From contig MU056029.1 of the NCBI GenBank assembly GCA_013239625.1, positions 558,001 through 622,000 on the forward strand: a stretch of 64,000 nt of DNA, in the 5' to 3' direction. Every line of letters starts with the position of its first letter. The first letter of the stretch is position 1. The translations under genes were made by a program, and so were the position numbers. Shown in pieces: positions 27,012-40,399 of this stretch. Below the pieces are notes generated by a model that did no database searches, had not been told where the DNA came from, and saw only the letters and a program-made list of their open reading frames with translations. The stretch comes from Lama guanicoe. Taxonomy: Eukaryota.

Positions 27012-28926
27012 AGCTGACTGTACAAGAATGAACTCACAGAAAGGTTCGACTAAATTTGGGCTTTACTTCTTTCACCATCTTTCTGCCTGAAACAACAGTG
27101 TAATTAACCTATTATTGGTTTAGAGGATGCTATTTCTTTATTGGCTTATTAAGACACATTATCCTGTATGCTATTGGCTTGTGAAATATTCTTATAAATT
27201 GTAGTCCCCATAGTGAACCTGTGTTAAATAAATTATTGACAAAGACAATCTCAGTCTCTGAGCATAATTTGTCTCAAAACAAAACAGTTATGTTATTTGG
27301 CATTATTATCTTTAAGATTTTAAAATCCCCTCTCCTCATCAACATGGGATGTTTGCTGTCAGGATCCTCGTGGACTCAGTCCCTACCAAATGTGTGTTTA
27401 CTGATGACGGCAGTGACAGCATCTTTAGGACAGGGGTAACTGATTGTCATAGTGACAAGCCTGAGGCTCCATGATGAATGAACAAAGGAGCCACTGCAAG
27501 ACGCAGAAGTGCTTTCTGAATAAGAGCAAGTGTTCCAGTGTAGTTTCACTAAGGGCTTTTATTGGATTTTCAAATGTTGTAAATGAGTACTCCCTGTGGG
27601 ATATACACAGCATTTGCACTGAGCAGGGTATCTGACTGACGTGTGACTGGCCCTTAGCCACGCTGGCTCACAGCACTGGTGCCAGTGCCCGGCACACTCA
27701 CGCATGCACGCTCACGGATGCACACTCAGCTCTGCACAGAGGCTCGGGGTTCGTGTCCTAATAGCTCTCTGCCCTCTGTTCTCCTAGGCAAACTTCCTTT
27801 TCTAAATCTTTTTTTTTTTTAAATACTCACTGGAAGACTGAGCAGTGGTTGACAAATCAGTGATTTCACTAAGAGATGTCTGCTTTATCCTTTCCTTTTC
27901 TGATGGTTACCTTAGCAAAGCGGGCTTTTTGTGGACAGTTCTGAGTTGAATAGGAGCAGGTGGGGCATCAGATTCAGTCTCAACTCCCCCTGCTGCATGG
28001 GTGCTTCCCCAAATGCACAACTCCATCCGGGCCCCACTGCAGCCTGGTGGCAAAACCCCACGCATTTTGCACATGTGAAATCTGACACTTGGATGGGTGG
28101 GAGAGCTTGCCATGGGCGGGTCTGGCAATTATGTCTTCTGACTGGGAGACCCACTCTGCTCAGCTATTTCTTGTGATTTTGAGGGTAGAAATCTGAGATG
28201 CAAAGCCAGCCTCAGCTTTTGCAAATGGGTGAGACACAAAGGCAGCAGAGACAGGTAAAACCTGACTTCTTAAACGCGCAGTGCAGAGCTTCTGTGGCAG
28301 CAGTGCAGAAAGTGAGTTGAAAAAAATTCCGTCAGCCACAAGAAGAATGCAGTTGGGCAAATCCTTCTAGCATCTTAATTGTTTGTTCAGTAATTGGTGG
28401 CATTTATCTGCTATAATTTGTCAATTGAAAAGGCAAACAATTTGAATTCAATTGTGGAAAACTGCTTTCCGCAAAGAGCAGCAGCATAATAAGGAGGCAA
28501 AATGTTATTGGAAACCGTGAAGCAACAAGCATTTACAGGAAGAGGGAAGACCAGCTGCCCCTCCTCCCGTGCTGCTGAGCGCTCCCTGGAAACGCCAGCT
28601 GCCAATGAGAGGCCAAGCTGAAAGGCGAAGTCAGCCAATCTAGTAACTTACGACAGAAAGAAACGTAGGCAAGAGGAAGGGAAGCAGGGAGGGGAGGTGC
28701 CTGGGGGCTCAGGCTGCCTGTGAATCTAAAATCCCTGAGGAGGGGAACGTGTTGCTACCAGCAAAGAGCAGGTGTATTTCATGTGAAAACTAGGACAGAA
28801 TACAGGGCAGATCCAGTTGTAAAAAACACTGCCTTCTTTTCCCCTTCTGCAAAACACACTTGACAATAAAAGGTCATCAATCCCAGGTCATCTGCTACAG
28901 GCTTTAAGAACTAGAACTTTGGGGGC

Positions 28927-29013
28927 AGGGAGGGTATAGGTCAGTGGTAGGGTGCATGCCTAGCATGCCTCAGGTCCTGGGTTCAATCCCCAGTACCTTC
29001 ATTAAAAAAAAAA
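28927..29013 (+). mobile_element. vic-1-like SINE
   Basis: gggagggtataggtcagtggtagggtgcatgcctagcatgcctcaggtcctgggttcaatcccc. Confidence 0.85.
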
Positions 29014-30569
29014 GTCTCTTCCCCCCTCATCCTCCCCCCCTCACCCTCTGTTCTTCCTTTCATCTGTGTCTTTGTATAACTCCCCCTCCTTCTCTCCATC
29101 CCTCCGTCTGTTTCTTCGTCCATCCATCTATTTGTCTATTCCTACATCCACTAGCATACATTCAACAAATATCTTTTTTTTAATTGTCTATAATGTTCCA
29201 GGGACTAGATTTTGGGAATACAGCCATTTATAAGAGCACCATGGTCCCCTTCCTCTTGGAATTTACAGCCTCAGGTGGGTCCCGACACTTAATTAAACCA
29301 CTAGACTTCTTCCTGCTGAGTGCCGGATGGACCTTCTTTGCAGAGCTGTGCAGCACGCCCTGGAAAGTGCATGCACTGGAAAGTTTCTGGCTGCAGGCTG
29401 CACTCACAGAATGCCTACGGAATGCATCCTGTTCAGGCACACTGACTGACTTAATCCCATGACAACTGTATGGGGTTCATGCTTTTCACCCTTTAACCGA
29501 TGAGGAAATTGAGCTGCAGAGAACGAGTGACCTGCCCAGGTGCCCTTGCTGGTGGCAGAGGGTCAGAGCACCCGGGATGCCGGGCACCCCTCTCCCTTCC
29601 CACCCTCCAGGAGTCTCTTTCCTGGCCTTTGAAGGTGCCTGTGCTTTGTGCCACATCACCTCCCCAAAGGATCTGAGATGCGTGCTCACTACAGAAAATA
29701 CTGTTTACATCAAGGAGCTTGGGCCACGCTGCTAAGTAAATAAAATATTAATTTCCTCATAGCTCATTTTGTTTCCTTATCCTTGTAAATGCCACCTTTG
29801 CTGTCAGTGGAAGTGCCTGCAGAAGTAACGTGTGACTCAGGCAAATCACTCAGAGGACTGATGGCACCTCTTTTCCTGATCAGCAGTCCTTTGAGAGTAT
29901 TTGCCAATAGCAATGTTGCGTCCTGGGATGGAGAGCTGGGCAGGGACACCGGACATGGGGAACTGAAACCCCCAGAGTAGAAGGACACCTTCATCCTCCA
30001 GCCACAGGCCACAAAGCGAGGAGGAGATTCTAAGCCGCATGTTTCTAGACAGCTCTCCAGTGTGGGCCGGCTCACAGCATCTCTGCTCTGCAGACATCTG
30101 CTGTTAGTGCATCATCTTACCTCCCTCTTAGGAACTTAGGTCTTAGGAACAGAGACCTCTCTTCCTCTCCATGCTTCCAAGTGACTCTCCACTTCTGCTG
30201 AACTGCTGTCATTTCAAGCTTGTCACCCGGCCCAGGACAGACACCCTACTCTGCCATCAAACTCTAGAGCCTTGGACCTCCTGATGAACCTTGGGCTGTC
30301 CATCTGTTTTCTTCCCAGGGAGTTCTCCAATGACTGGACTCTGTGCTGGCCATCCTCTGATCTGGCCACAGCACCTACAGAAACTGCACTCTCTCAGATC
30401 ACCTGTGACACCCGTTATAAATACTGTAAGCTTTCCCACATTAGTTCTTTCTTGTTTGTATTCAACATTCAACCTGATCCTTGAAGGGTTTCCCATCCTT
30501 AGCTTGAATAATGTTACCTGATGGTCCCATTAGCGTCTTGAGGGCTATTTTTGGCTCCTTTTATGCTCC

Positions 30570-31121
30570 TGAGGTAGGAGGGAAGGGGACAGGCACAGCT
30601 ATTAAAAAAAAAAATGACACAACAATTGATGATAGGACATAAACTGGTTAAAACTAACCAGGCCCAAGGTGATGGATTCAATTCCCAGTAGACCTTGAGC
30701 ACTATTATATGCTCATTGTAATACATCAGCTTCTAAATGACACACCCACAGGGGCCTTGACATTTCCAAGTCTGACCACAAAAAGCCAAATATTTTGCAG
30801 TGGCCCAGTTCCTGGGACTCCCCACCCTTTCCCCAAACTAGTGGGAATAATCCTCCCACTTGTTATCACATGAAATGACTGAGCCCATGAAAGCTAAGCA
30901 CTCCCACGCCCTGGGGCCTCTTGCCTTCTGAGTGAGAGGGCCCTCACTCTGCCTATGGAATGTGCATCTCCCTGTATAAATCTACCTCTACTCGACTGTG
31001 GCTCACTCATGAATTCTTTCCTGTGCAAAGCCAAAGACCCTCACTGGGCAAGGCACGTCCCAGGGACTTGCCCGAGACCTGGGGCACGGCCATCCTCCAC
31101 GGCCCCGTTTTTCCTGCAACA
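30570..31121 (+). mobile_element. Complete ERV1 solo LTR
   Basis: TG...CA termini with a perfect 4-bp TSD CTCC (30566-30569 / 31122-31125). Confidence 0.9.
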
Positions 31122-31575
31122 CTCCCACTTCCTGCCTATGAGTATCTCTAGCCACTCTCTAACTGCACCCTCCCCTGGAGACCTCAAACACACAGCTTTA
31201 GCTGTTATTTCTACAAATCTGATTCCAAAATCAATCACTATTTTCTAGCAGGTCTCCTCTCTAAAGCAACAGCCCTGCTCTTCCTCTCTGTCGTGATTTT
31301 GCATTAGACTCAAAATAACTACAAACCAGATTTCCCTCTTTCACTTTGGCCTGGTTTCCTTTCCAAAATTCTGTTTCTGAAGATTGTGTCATCCTTCCTC
31401 TATGGAGTCTTGCTTTGTTTCTCAAGTTCCTTTCCCATGGTCTGCACCCCACCCACCTCTCATCCCCCCTCACCGACTCTGCTCACTGCTCCTGCCTCTT
31501 CCTTTCCACTCTGTCACCACACTAATCCAGGCTATCCTCATGTCAAGATTTTGTTGCCATAAACTTTTTGTTGGT

Positions 31576-32110
31576 GTTGGGGAGGAAGACATTTTCCTTT
31601 ATCCTTCTAGGTTCTTTTGGCTGCTCTGAGAGCTAAATTGACATAAGACAGAGTAACAGGAGAAAATCAAAGTTGAGTAACACATATGCTGGGGGAGAGG
31701 CTCAGGAAAACTGAGTAACTCCCCAAATGGCCAACTCTCTCACCTTAAATACCATCTTCAGCTAAAGACAAAAGAAGATTTTGGGGGGCAGTGGTTTGAG
31801 ACCTCAAAGGGGAGAAAAGCAACTCACGTGCAGATGGAAAAGCAAATGTTTGCTGAGTAAATCTTTCCTGGGTCCTTCGGAGACTACGGGACACAGGGAT
31901 TTTTGTAACCAGATTTGGCTAGGTTCCTCCCTGTCCACACACCTCGTCCATGCTCCCTCCCTGGAAGAATCCCTCTAATTACATTCTTTAAGCATGTAGC
32001 GGGAAGGTCAAAGGTTCTTCCTGAATCTTTTGAGACTTGATTGCTTTCAGCTCAAAATAATCTGCACACCAAAGAGACATTTTGCAGTGGCAAGTTTTGC
32101 TCCCCTACCT
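31576..32110 (-). mobile_element. ERV1 LTR (MER34/MER39-like)
   Basis: Colinear with 24675-25349; begins tgttgggg, ends ttttgctcccctac. Confidence 0.72.
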
Positions 32111-32899
32111 TGGTGTCTGTGCTTCTAGCCCTTTCTACACATCTTGTTGTCTGACACACACTTTAAAACTCCTTAAAGAACACCTTCATCATGCGTATCT
32201 CCTTATTTAAACACCAGCATTTTGCTTGTCATTGCAGGCTCTGGGAACTATGACCCCAATTCCCAGTTCCAACCAAATCTTCATCAGCCCTGTCTCACCC
32301 AATCAGTGAAGTCTCTCTGGCCCCTACATACCCAGTGCCCATTCTTACTACCATATCTTTACAAAAAAGTTTATCTAATATAAGGAGCTTTCCTTGCCCT
32401 CTTTATTCCATCAATCAAATCCCACTCATTCTTCAGAAACCACCTTAGGTCTTCTCTCCTCCATGAATATATTCATCATTGCTCCAACCGTCAGTCATCT
32501 CTGAAATGTTTCAGAACAGGAAGCATATTGGCGCCCAGAGACTAGTCTATGGAAGGGGACTGAGCTGGTATGTAGGTAGACTTCAGAGTTCATTAATAAT
32601 GTAGTGTTTGTGGGTCTGCTGTGGGCATTGGGAACTTTATTTTTTACGAACTTATCCATGAGATTCTGATGTGCAGTCCGTGGAGACTTGACAGTTACTC
32701 TCAATCTCATTTCTGTTTAATTTTTCACAGGTTAGATGTCATTTACCCAGCTAAGGTGTGCAAGCAGCTTCAGAATGGGGTCCAGAGTTCATCTACCACA
32801 GCAATGTATGCTGTCAGGAATATAAGGTGCATGAGAGAGAAAGAATGATATTTCAAATAGTCCCCAAATCAGCTGTCCCCACACAACTCTTGTCTACAG

Positions 32900-33889
32900 A
32901 TTCATTCATTTGTTTTTTCATTGATTCCATCTATTCACTTAACAATCACATGCTGACCACTGTCATGGTCCCAGTGAGTACAGAGATGAGTCCACTCAGA
33001 TAAGAGGAGAGAGACTCGCTATTCCACATGTCCTAGGTATTGCTCCCTGAATCAGCAGGTTGCTATGGAAACCCAGAGGAGAAAGCGATTAATTTTTTTT
33101 TTGAGAGCCCATTCATTCTTCAAAGAAGAGGTGACATGGGTGACATTTGAGCTGAACAGTGAAGGTTGAACAGAGGGACTGAAGAGGGGGCATACCTAGA
33201 AGAGACATAAGTGTGAGAGACAGTAACAAAGGTCAAAGGTCAACACTATTTGGAGAGAAGAATGACAGGTTCTATGTGACTAGGGAGGGTAGTGGGGGGA
33301 TGGTACGAGGAAGCGTAGGAGATAAGGGGAGGGTCAGACTGCAAAGTGGGGCCATCTAGAGGCCCTACATCACATCTGTGTTTTGGTACCATAAATCTGG
33401 CCACAGTATAGAGAGAATAGGAGAGAATTTGTAGGCTGAGAAAAAGACCACAGAGCTGTCATAGGGAACCAGAGAAAGAAAGATGTGACCTCGGTGTTCT
33501 GAAGTAAGCATGCAGATCCAGAGAGGAAGACAGCAGTTGGATGCTCAGAGGTTGGTCCCCACTTCATTCCAGTCAAGTGTCTTCTGCTGCCTCCCCATCT
33601 ATCAGCCATCCCCAAAGATCTCTCTCAAGGTGTCAGCCCAGGGCACTGAGTGAAGTGTGATGTCATTCACCAAGGTAGGACCAAAGAGAAGGACAGATTT
33701 GTGGGGGATGAAAGTGAGAGTGGCCTTTGAAGCACTGAAGTTGAGTTCCTTGCGAGGTGCCATGATGGGGTGCACAGAATGCAGGACGGATGCGAGGAAC
33801 GAACTTGTCAACTTGGAGTCACTGGAAACGAAGAAACAATCAGTGAGAAGAAGGTTGGGCTTAGGAACTTTTATTTGCACTTGACAAGG
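32900..33889 (-). mobile_element. Degraded L2 LINE
   Basis: ttcattcatt start, gaggtgacatttgagctga-type and ttgagttccttgcgaggtgcc motifs. Confidence 0.55.
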
Positions 33890-33901
33890 AGAAAACGGAT
33901 G

Positions 33902-34917
33902 CAGCTCATACGACTCAATAAGAAAAAAATAAACAACCCAATCCAAAAATGGGCAGAAGACATAAACAAGCAATTCTCCAAGGAAGACATACAAATGATC
34001 AAAAAGCACATGAAAAAATGCTCAATATCACTAATTATCAGAGAAATGCAAATCAAAACTACAATGAGGTATCACCTCACACCAGTCAGAATGGCCGTCA
34101 TTCAAAAATCCAAAAATGACAAATGCTGGAGAGGCTGTGGAGAAAGGGGAACCCTCCTACACTGCTGGTGGGAATGCAGTTTGGTGCAGCCACTGTGGAA
34201 AACAGTGTGGAGATTCCTCAAAAGACTAGGAATAGACTTACCATATGACCCAGGAATCCCACTCCTGGGCTTATACCCAGAAGGAAATCTACTTCAGGAT
34301 GACACCTGCACCCCAATGTTCATAGCAGCACTATTTACAATAGCCAAAACATGGAAACAGCCTAAATGTCCATCAACAGGTGACTGGATAAAGAAGATGT
34401 GGTATATTTATACAATGGAATACTACTCAGCCATAAAAACTGACAACATAATGCCATTTGCAGCAACATGGATGCTCCTAGAGAATGTCATTCTAAGTGA
34501 AGTAAGCCAGAAAGAGAAAGAAAAATACCATATGAGATCGCTCATATGTGGAATCTAAAAAACAAAAACAAAAACAAACAAACAAACAAAAACAAAGCAT
34601 AAATACAGGACAGAAATAGACTCATGGACAGAGAATACAGACTTGTGGTTACCAGGGGGGTAGAGGGTGGGAAGGGATAGACTGGGATTTCAAAATTGTA
34701 GAATAGATAAACAAGATTACACTGTATAGCACAGGGAAATATACACAAAATGTTATGATAAATCACAGAGAAAAAAATGTGACAATGAGTGTGTATATGT
34801 CCATGAATGACTGAAAAATTGTGCTGAACACTGGAATTTGACACAACAGTGTAAAATGATTATAAATCAATAAAAAATGTTAAAAAAAATAAAATAAAAA
34901 TTAAAAAAAAAGAAAAA
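33902..34917 (+). mobile_element. Young 5'-truncated L1 with uninterrupted ORF2 C-terminus (to stop at 34558), 3'UTR and A-tail
   Basis: ORF contains [19 protein letters not shown] (CCHC) and MEYYSAIK; perfect 12-bp TSD agaaaacggatg 33890-33901 / 34918-34929. Confidence 0.96.
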
Positions 34918-36937
34918 AGAAAACGGATGGGCATGGGTGTTAGTTTGTTCCCTCTGATTCTTCTTGGGATACTAATGAATAAATGAGGCCATGAAGAAAG
35001 ACAATAGATTAAGTTTATTAAGAATTTATGAGTTAAACAATTAGTACGAAAACAAAAAACAAAAAACAGTGGCAAACTAATTGGAAGCGTTGGATGTTAG
35101 GCTATAGAAAGATGAAAACATCACTGTCCAGCCTCACTGGAAACAGACCTTCTGAACCCAGAATTTGGCATAAGAATCATTATTGGTTATCCATTATTGA
35201 AGGAAAGAGGAGACAGAGATTTATTGGAAGTACCAGGAAGACATTATGTACAAAGAAGACACTGTTATTTATAATGGAGTGTAATGTTATACATCCAGAA
35301 GCTATGATCACAGTGAATTTCATTATCTTTTTAATTGCTATCATTTCTTTACCTTCTTGAGAGCTCTACGAATTTTCTCATATATAAGAAATGCTCATTA
35401 AGTGAATAGTTATGCCTTATACATCATTTTTAAAGTAAGAGCTAAAGTAAAGTAAAACAGAAAAAAATACATCGCTTGACTTGCCCGAAGTTGCAGGACA
35501 GGTTAAGGAATGTTGCCTGATAACACAGAAATCTTGGTTTCCATCAGATGCTGCTCTGATGTCCTAGGCGCAGGCATTGTTTGGTACAGGTTACTAAAAG
35601 CAACCTGAAAGTGGAATGCTTCATGTACATTTACTTCCAGTGAGACTACGTTCTTCAGTATTTGTTGCCCCAAATTTTCTTTTGAGTTGAATGAAACTTT
35701 AAAAAAACTCAGTATTATTTACATTGATGTATACTGTATCCAGAATAAGGGTAATTTGTCTACTGAGACTTACGTGATGGCAAAGAACCCTCCCTATTCC
35801 CTAACTTTATGCTTCTAAGCTCTTTAGGTCTTTTGAGAAAATGACTTATAAACTTATCAAACTGTCTTTGATTCCTAACAATTTCTTATTTCATACCTAC
35901 CCCCATCATACAATAATTGAAAAGCATTAGAAACATGAATATGTACGAGGCAAGGTCAGAATATAAGAGGCATAGTCAGCCTCAGAAAACCTTTACATTC
36001 ACCTTAGCAAGCACCTGTTGAGTGTCCATGATGGGAGAGGCATATACTAGATAGACTTGGTGATACCAAAAACGAGTAAGACACAGCCTCCCTCTTCAAG
36101 AATCAAGCAGTCTAACACATTAGCGACTCATCTTGGTACGACCTCACCTGAACACAAGGAGAAATAGTCATGGAACTTTTTTTTGCTTATTTTGTGGGTA
36201 GAAAAACATAATTTCACTTACTTTTGAGACTTGTCAACTCCCTGGCATGAATTTACAAATACCGCCTCTACTTTTACAGAGAGATGAAAAAGACACTGAG
36301 AAGGCAAACATTTCAAGGATATGGCAGAAACAGAACCAAAGGATCTCTATTCATCCTTCTCCTACCTTATTATTTATATCTGTCCATCCCAGCCCGCAAG
36401 GAGCGATGTAGTTAATATATCACTGAACTGTACTGGAAAAGAGTGAAAAAAAAAGAGTGAGCTTTTTGCTGTCACTTCAAGTTGTGTGAGGGGACAACTC
36501 TGTCTGGAAAAGGAATGTGTGACCTTGTTCCTGGAACTCCAAAATTTCAAGCATGAGGTAAGACAGGATGACAGTCTTGGGCTCACAAAGCAAAGTTTTG
36601 GCTTTATGTACATCATGCCCACTGATCTTATTTTATTCTTGAAATTACTTTACTCCAGTGATCAGTTCAACCTACCATGGTTCAACAGCACCTGGTAAGT
36701 GGAAACGTGATCATGAGCATGGGGACTGCAAAACTGGGGGAAATGAAAGCTCTCCTCTTTCAGCCTCCCACCCAGAGTCCTGAGCTACACCTGAAAGATT
36801 ACCTTGTATGACACTAGATTTGTGCATCTACACATAAATTTGTCCCGAGCTCAGGTTTCTGCACCAAAAGAACACAGGAGCAGAGTGAAACAGCCCCTTG
36901 TCACGTGGGGCACTTGAATGGGTACCATTAGCTTTCT

Positions 36938-37413
36938 TTTTGTTTTCTTTTTAAAGATTTTTTTAAATTGAAGTATAGTTGACTTAAAATGTGTTAGTTT
37001 CTGGTATACAGCAAAGTGATTCAGATATATATATATATATACACACACACATAGATAATATTTCTTTTCCATTATAGTTTATTACAGGATATTGAATATA
37101 GTTCCCTGTGCTATACAGTATAAACTTGTTATTTATCTATTTTACATATAGTAGTTAGTATCTGCAAATCTCAAACTCCTAATTTATCCCTCCCAAACTT
37201 TCCTCTTTAGTAACCATGAGTTTGTTTTCTATGTCTGTGAGTCTGTTTCCATTTTGTAAATAGTTATTTGTATCATTTTTTAGATTCCACATATAAATGA
37301 TGTATGACATTTGTCTTTCTCTGTCTGACTGACCTCACTTAGTATAATAATCTCTATGTCCATCCATGTTGCTGCAAATGGCATTATTTCATTTTTTATG
37401 AGTGTGTAGTATT

Positions 37414-37456
<43 letters not shown>

Positions 37457-38133
37457 CACATCTTTATCCAGTCATCTGTCAATGAACATTTAGGTTGCTT
37501 TCATGTCTTGGCTGTTGTCAATAGTGCTGCTATGAACACTGAGATACGTGTAAGGTTTTGAATTAGAATTTCCTCTGGATATACGCCCAGGAGTGGGAGT
37601 GCTGGATCATATGGTAACTTTATTTTTAGTTTTTTAAGGAGCCACCATACTGTTCTCCATAGTGGCTACATCAATTTACATTTTTACCAACAGTGTGGGA
37701 GGGTTCCCTTTTCTCCACACTCTCTCCAGCATTTATTTTTCATAGACTTTTTGATGATGGCCATTCTGATGGCTGTGAGGTGATATCTAATTGCAGTTTT
37801 GATTTGAATTTCTCTAACAATTAGCGATGTTGAGCATCTTTTCATGTACTTATTGGCCACCTGTATGTCTTCTTTGGAAAAATGTCTATTTCGGTCTTCT
37901 GCCCATTTTTTATTGGGTTGTTTGGTTTTTCCTTTGTTATTGAGTTGTATGAACTATTTGCATATTTTGGAAATTAAGCCCTTGTCAGTTGCATCATTTT
38001 CAAATATTTTCTCCCAGTCTGTAGGCTGTCTTTTCATTTTGTTGATGGTTTCCTTTGCTGTGCAAAAGCTTATAAGTTTGATTAAGTCCCATTTGCTTAT
38101 TTTTGTTTTTATTTCTGTTTCCTTGGAAGACAG
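36938..38133 (-). mobile_element. 5'-truncated L1 (ORF2 3' part + 3'UTR)
   Basis: ORF 37954..38136 (-) [34 protein letters not shown] cat[t/g]agctttct 36926-36937 / 38134-38145. Confidence 0.93.
37416..37454. repeat. (TG)19 microsatellite inside the L1
   Basis: Direct reading. Confidence 0.95.
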
Positions 38134-38250
38134 CATGAGCTTTCTAGACGTTCAAGGAAAATTCTTCTGGGTTTTTCAGATTTGATCTCTTACACATCAG
38201 TGATTTGGGGTGGATCCTTATTTCTTCACCTTCAGTTTTTCATTACCCAT

Positions 38251-38252
<2 letters not shown>

Positions 38253-38289
<37 letters not shown>
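38253..38289. repeat. (AC)18 microsatellite
   Basis: Direct reading. Confidence 0.95.
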
Positions 38290-38292
<3 letters not shown>

Positions 38293-39191
38293 AAATAAAT
38301 CATATGACTTTCTTTCTTGACTTCCCATGTTTACCTCTGCCCCTATAATTCTTCATGGAAGCTGGACAGAGGGTAGTGAAAATCCTACATCCTGTTCCAG
38401 ATTGCAGTGTGTTGTCTTAGGAAGCAATGTCCAAGGAGGGACCACATCAATTATAAATATGTGCCTTCATCTTCAAGCAGACATAGGCATATATAAAATA
38501 GAATCCCATTCATGGCTAGGAAACACCCTCTAGACAAATTTAACTCCAACTGTACCCTCATATTTCATTTACTTTTCAATGAAAAATGAAAAATAGGCTT
38601 AGGAATAAGCAACATAATTAAGTGTCAGTAAATTCCATTCATTCATTCACCAGTTTACACTTTGGCACTTTTTTCCTGTGCCCACAGTATCAGTCTATTA
38701 ACAGATGTGTTAACACAAACTTTAGTTTTTCAATTTCTAAATCTTAAAAAACATAACTGAAGATTTTGTATGCATAATTTACAGAGAAGTCCTGTACCAA
38801 AATAGCTTTCCTCTAACTTTATATATTCAGCAAAGCCTTGGGAGAGAAAATGAATGAAGCAGCCTTCTTTGTGATTTAGAAGGATCCATACTCCCAAAGC
38901 CAAACTGTGTCCTGGATTTTATCTTTTAATGTTACAAGGAGAAAATCAACTACTGAAGATTTTTGTGAAATACATAACATTTTAGTTCTATGTAACTGCA
39001 CTGTTAGTGTTTGCAAATAAATGTGGAAAATGAAAAATATTTCATTGATGAAGTGAAATGAAAAATTATTATAATAATGTTGAATAAAGACTTCAATGCA
39101 TATTTGAGTGCAATCCCTAAGAGCAGGTGAAGGTATATTTAATGAATTGGATAGATTAAAACCCAGATTTTACAGTCTGAAATTTTCTCTA

Positions 39192-39308
39192 TGGGGGGGA
39201 GGGGTAATTAGGTTTTGTTTTGTTTTTTTAACGGAGGTACTGGGGATTGAACCCAGGACCTCGTGTGTGCTAAGCACAGACTCTACTGCCGAGCTGCACC
39301 TTTCCCCA
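39192..39308 (-). mobile_element. vic-1-like SINE
   Basis: ggaggtactggggattgaacccaggacctcgtgtgtgctaagc. Confidence 0.88.
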
Positions 39309-40399
39309 TTGGAGTTTTCCTTACCTACTTCTTTTTTGAGGTAAAATCATTCTCCACTTTGTCAAAACGTTGTCATTTTTTTCTGCATGACTCAGCCATG
39401 AGTTGTCTTACTGCCATCTTTTCCTTCTCCCTTATTATGAAGGGTGGGGACAGAGAATTGTTGCTGTTGCTTTTAAGCACAATTTGTTTGGCTGGCAATA
39501 GTAATCAATAAAATATAGTAGCGCCACCATAATCATTTCTTAGTATCCATCTCCCTGATTAAAGCTCTTAGAATTAATGCTTCTCATAAATGCTTAATAA
39601 ATTCTGATTCAACAAGCAATTTTGATAGTTAAGTTGTACATAGCCCTTGGTTTCTCCTCTGCCTAAGAGAAATGTAGTAGCTGCAAAACGCAGAAATCCA
39701 CTCAAGTTACTTGAAGAAATTAGGATTAATTAGGGTCTCTTGAAGACCAAATTCTGGGGATAAATCAGGTCTCAGGAATGAACTGTCCCAAGGAATGATC
39801 TGTACTCTGGTTTTTGGTTTTTTTTTTGTTTTTTTTTGTTTTGTTTTGTTTTGTTTTGCTTTTCTTCACCTCTGCTTCGTTTTGTGAGGCAAAGCATTGC
39901 TGTTCTCTCCCAGGCAGACTTGCTCTACTCTGGGCACCGTGATAAAACCCAGTGAAACATGACCCTTTGTAGCCTGAGGCTATGTGTCTTCCATCCAAGA
40001 AGCTGACCAGACGGAACCTGAGATCTCCTAGTTCAGACTACAGATTTGAAGGAGAACATAGCTTCTGGTTAACCCATCTGAATTGGGTGCTTATCCAAGG
40101 TGATCCACTTTTGTTGGGTGAGGGTGAGTGGTGTTGCTGTCCAGCTGTGTAAGCCTGGATGCTCCCACTGGACCCGTGAGACTGGGGAGCAAAGAGATGA
40201 AAAGTAAGAGGCAGATCCCCAGGAAAGTGCGAAGACAGCTAAACAGCTTCTCCAACAGCACCTCCTGCGAGGGTTCAGACCAGAGCCTTCTAAGGGTTTT
40301 TTTTTCTTTTCTTTTCTTTTCTTTTCTTTTCTTTAAATTCTAAAATATTACAATTCCTTTATGATAGTATATATTTCTTTTATTTTTTTATACTTGACT

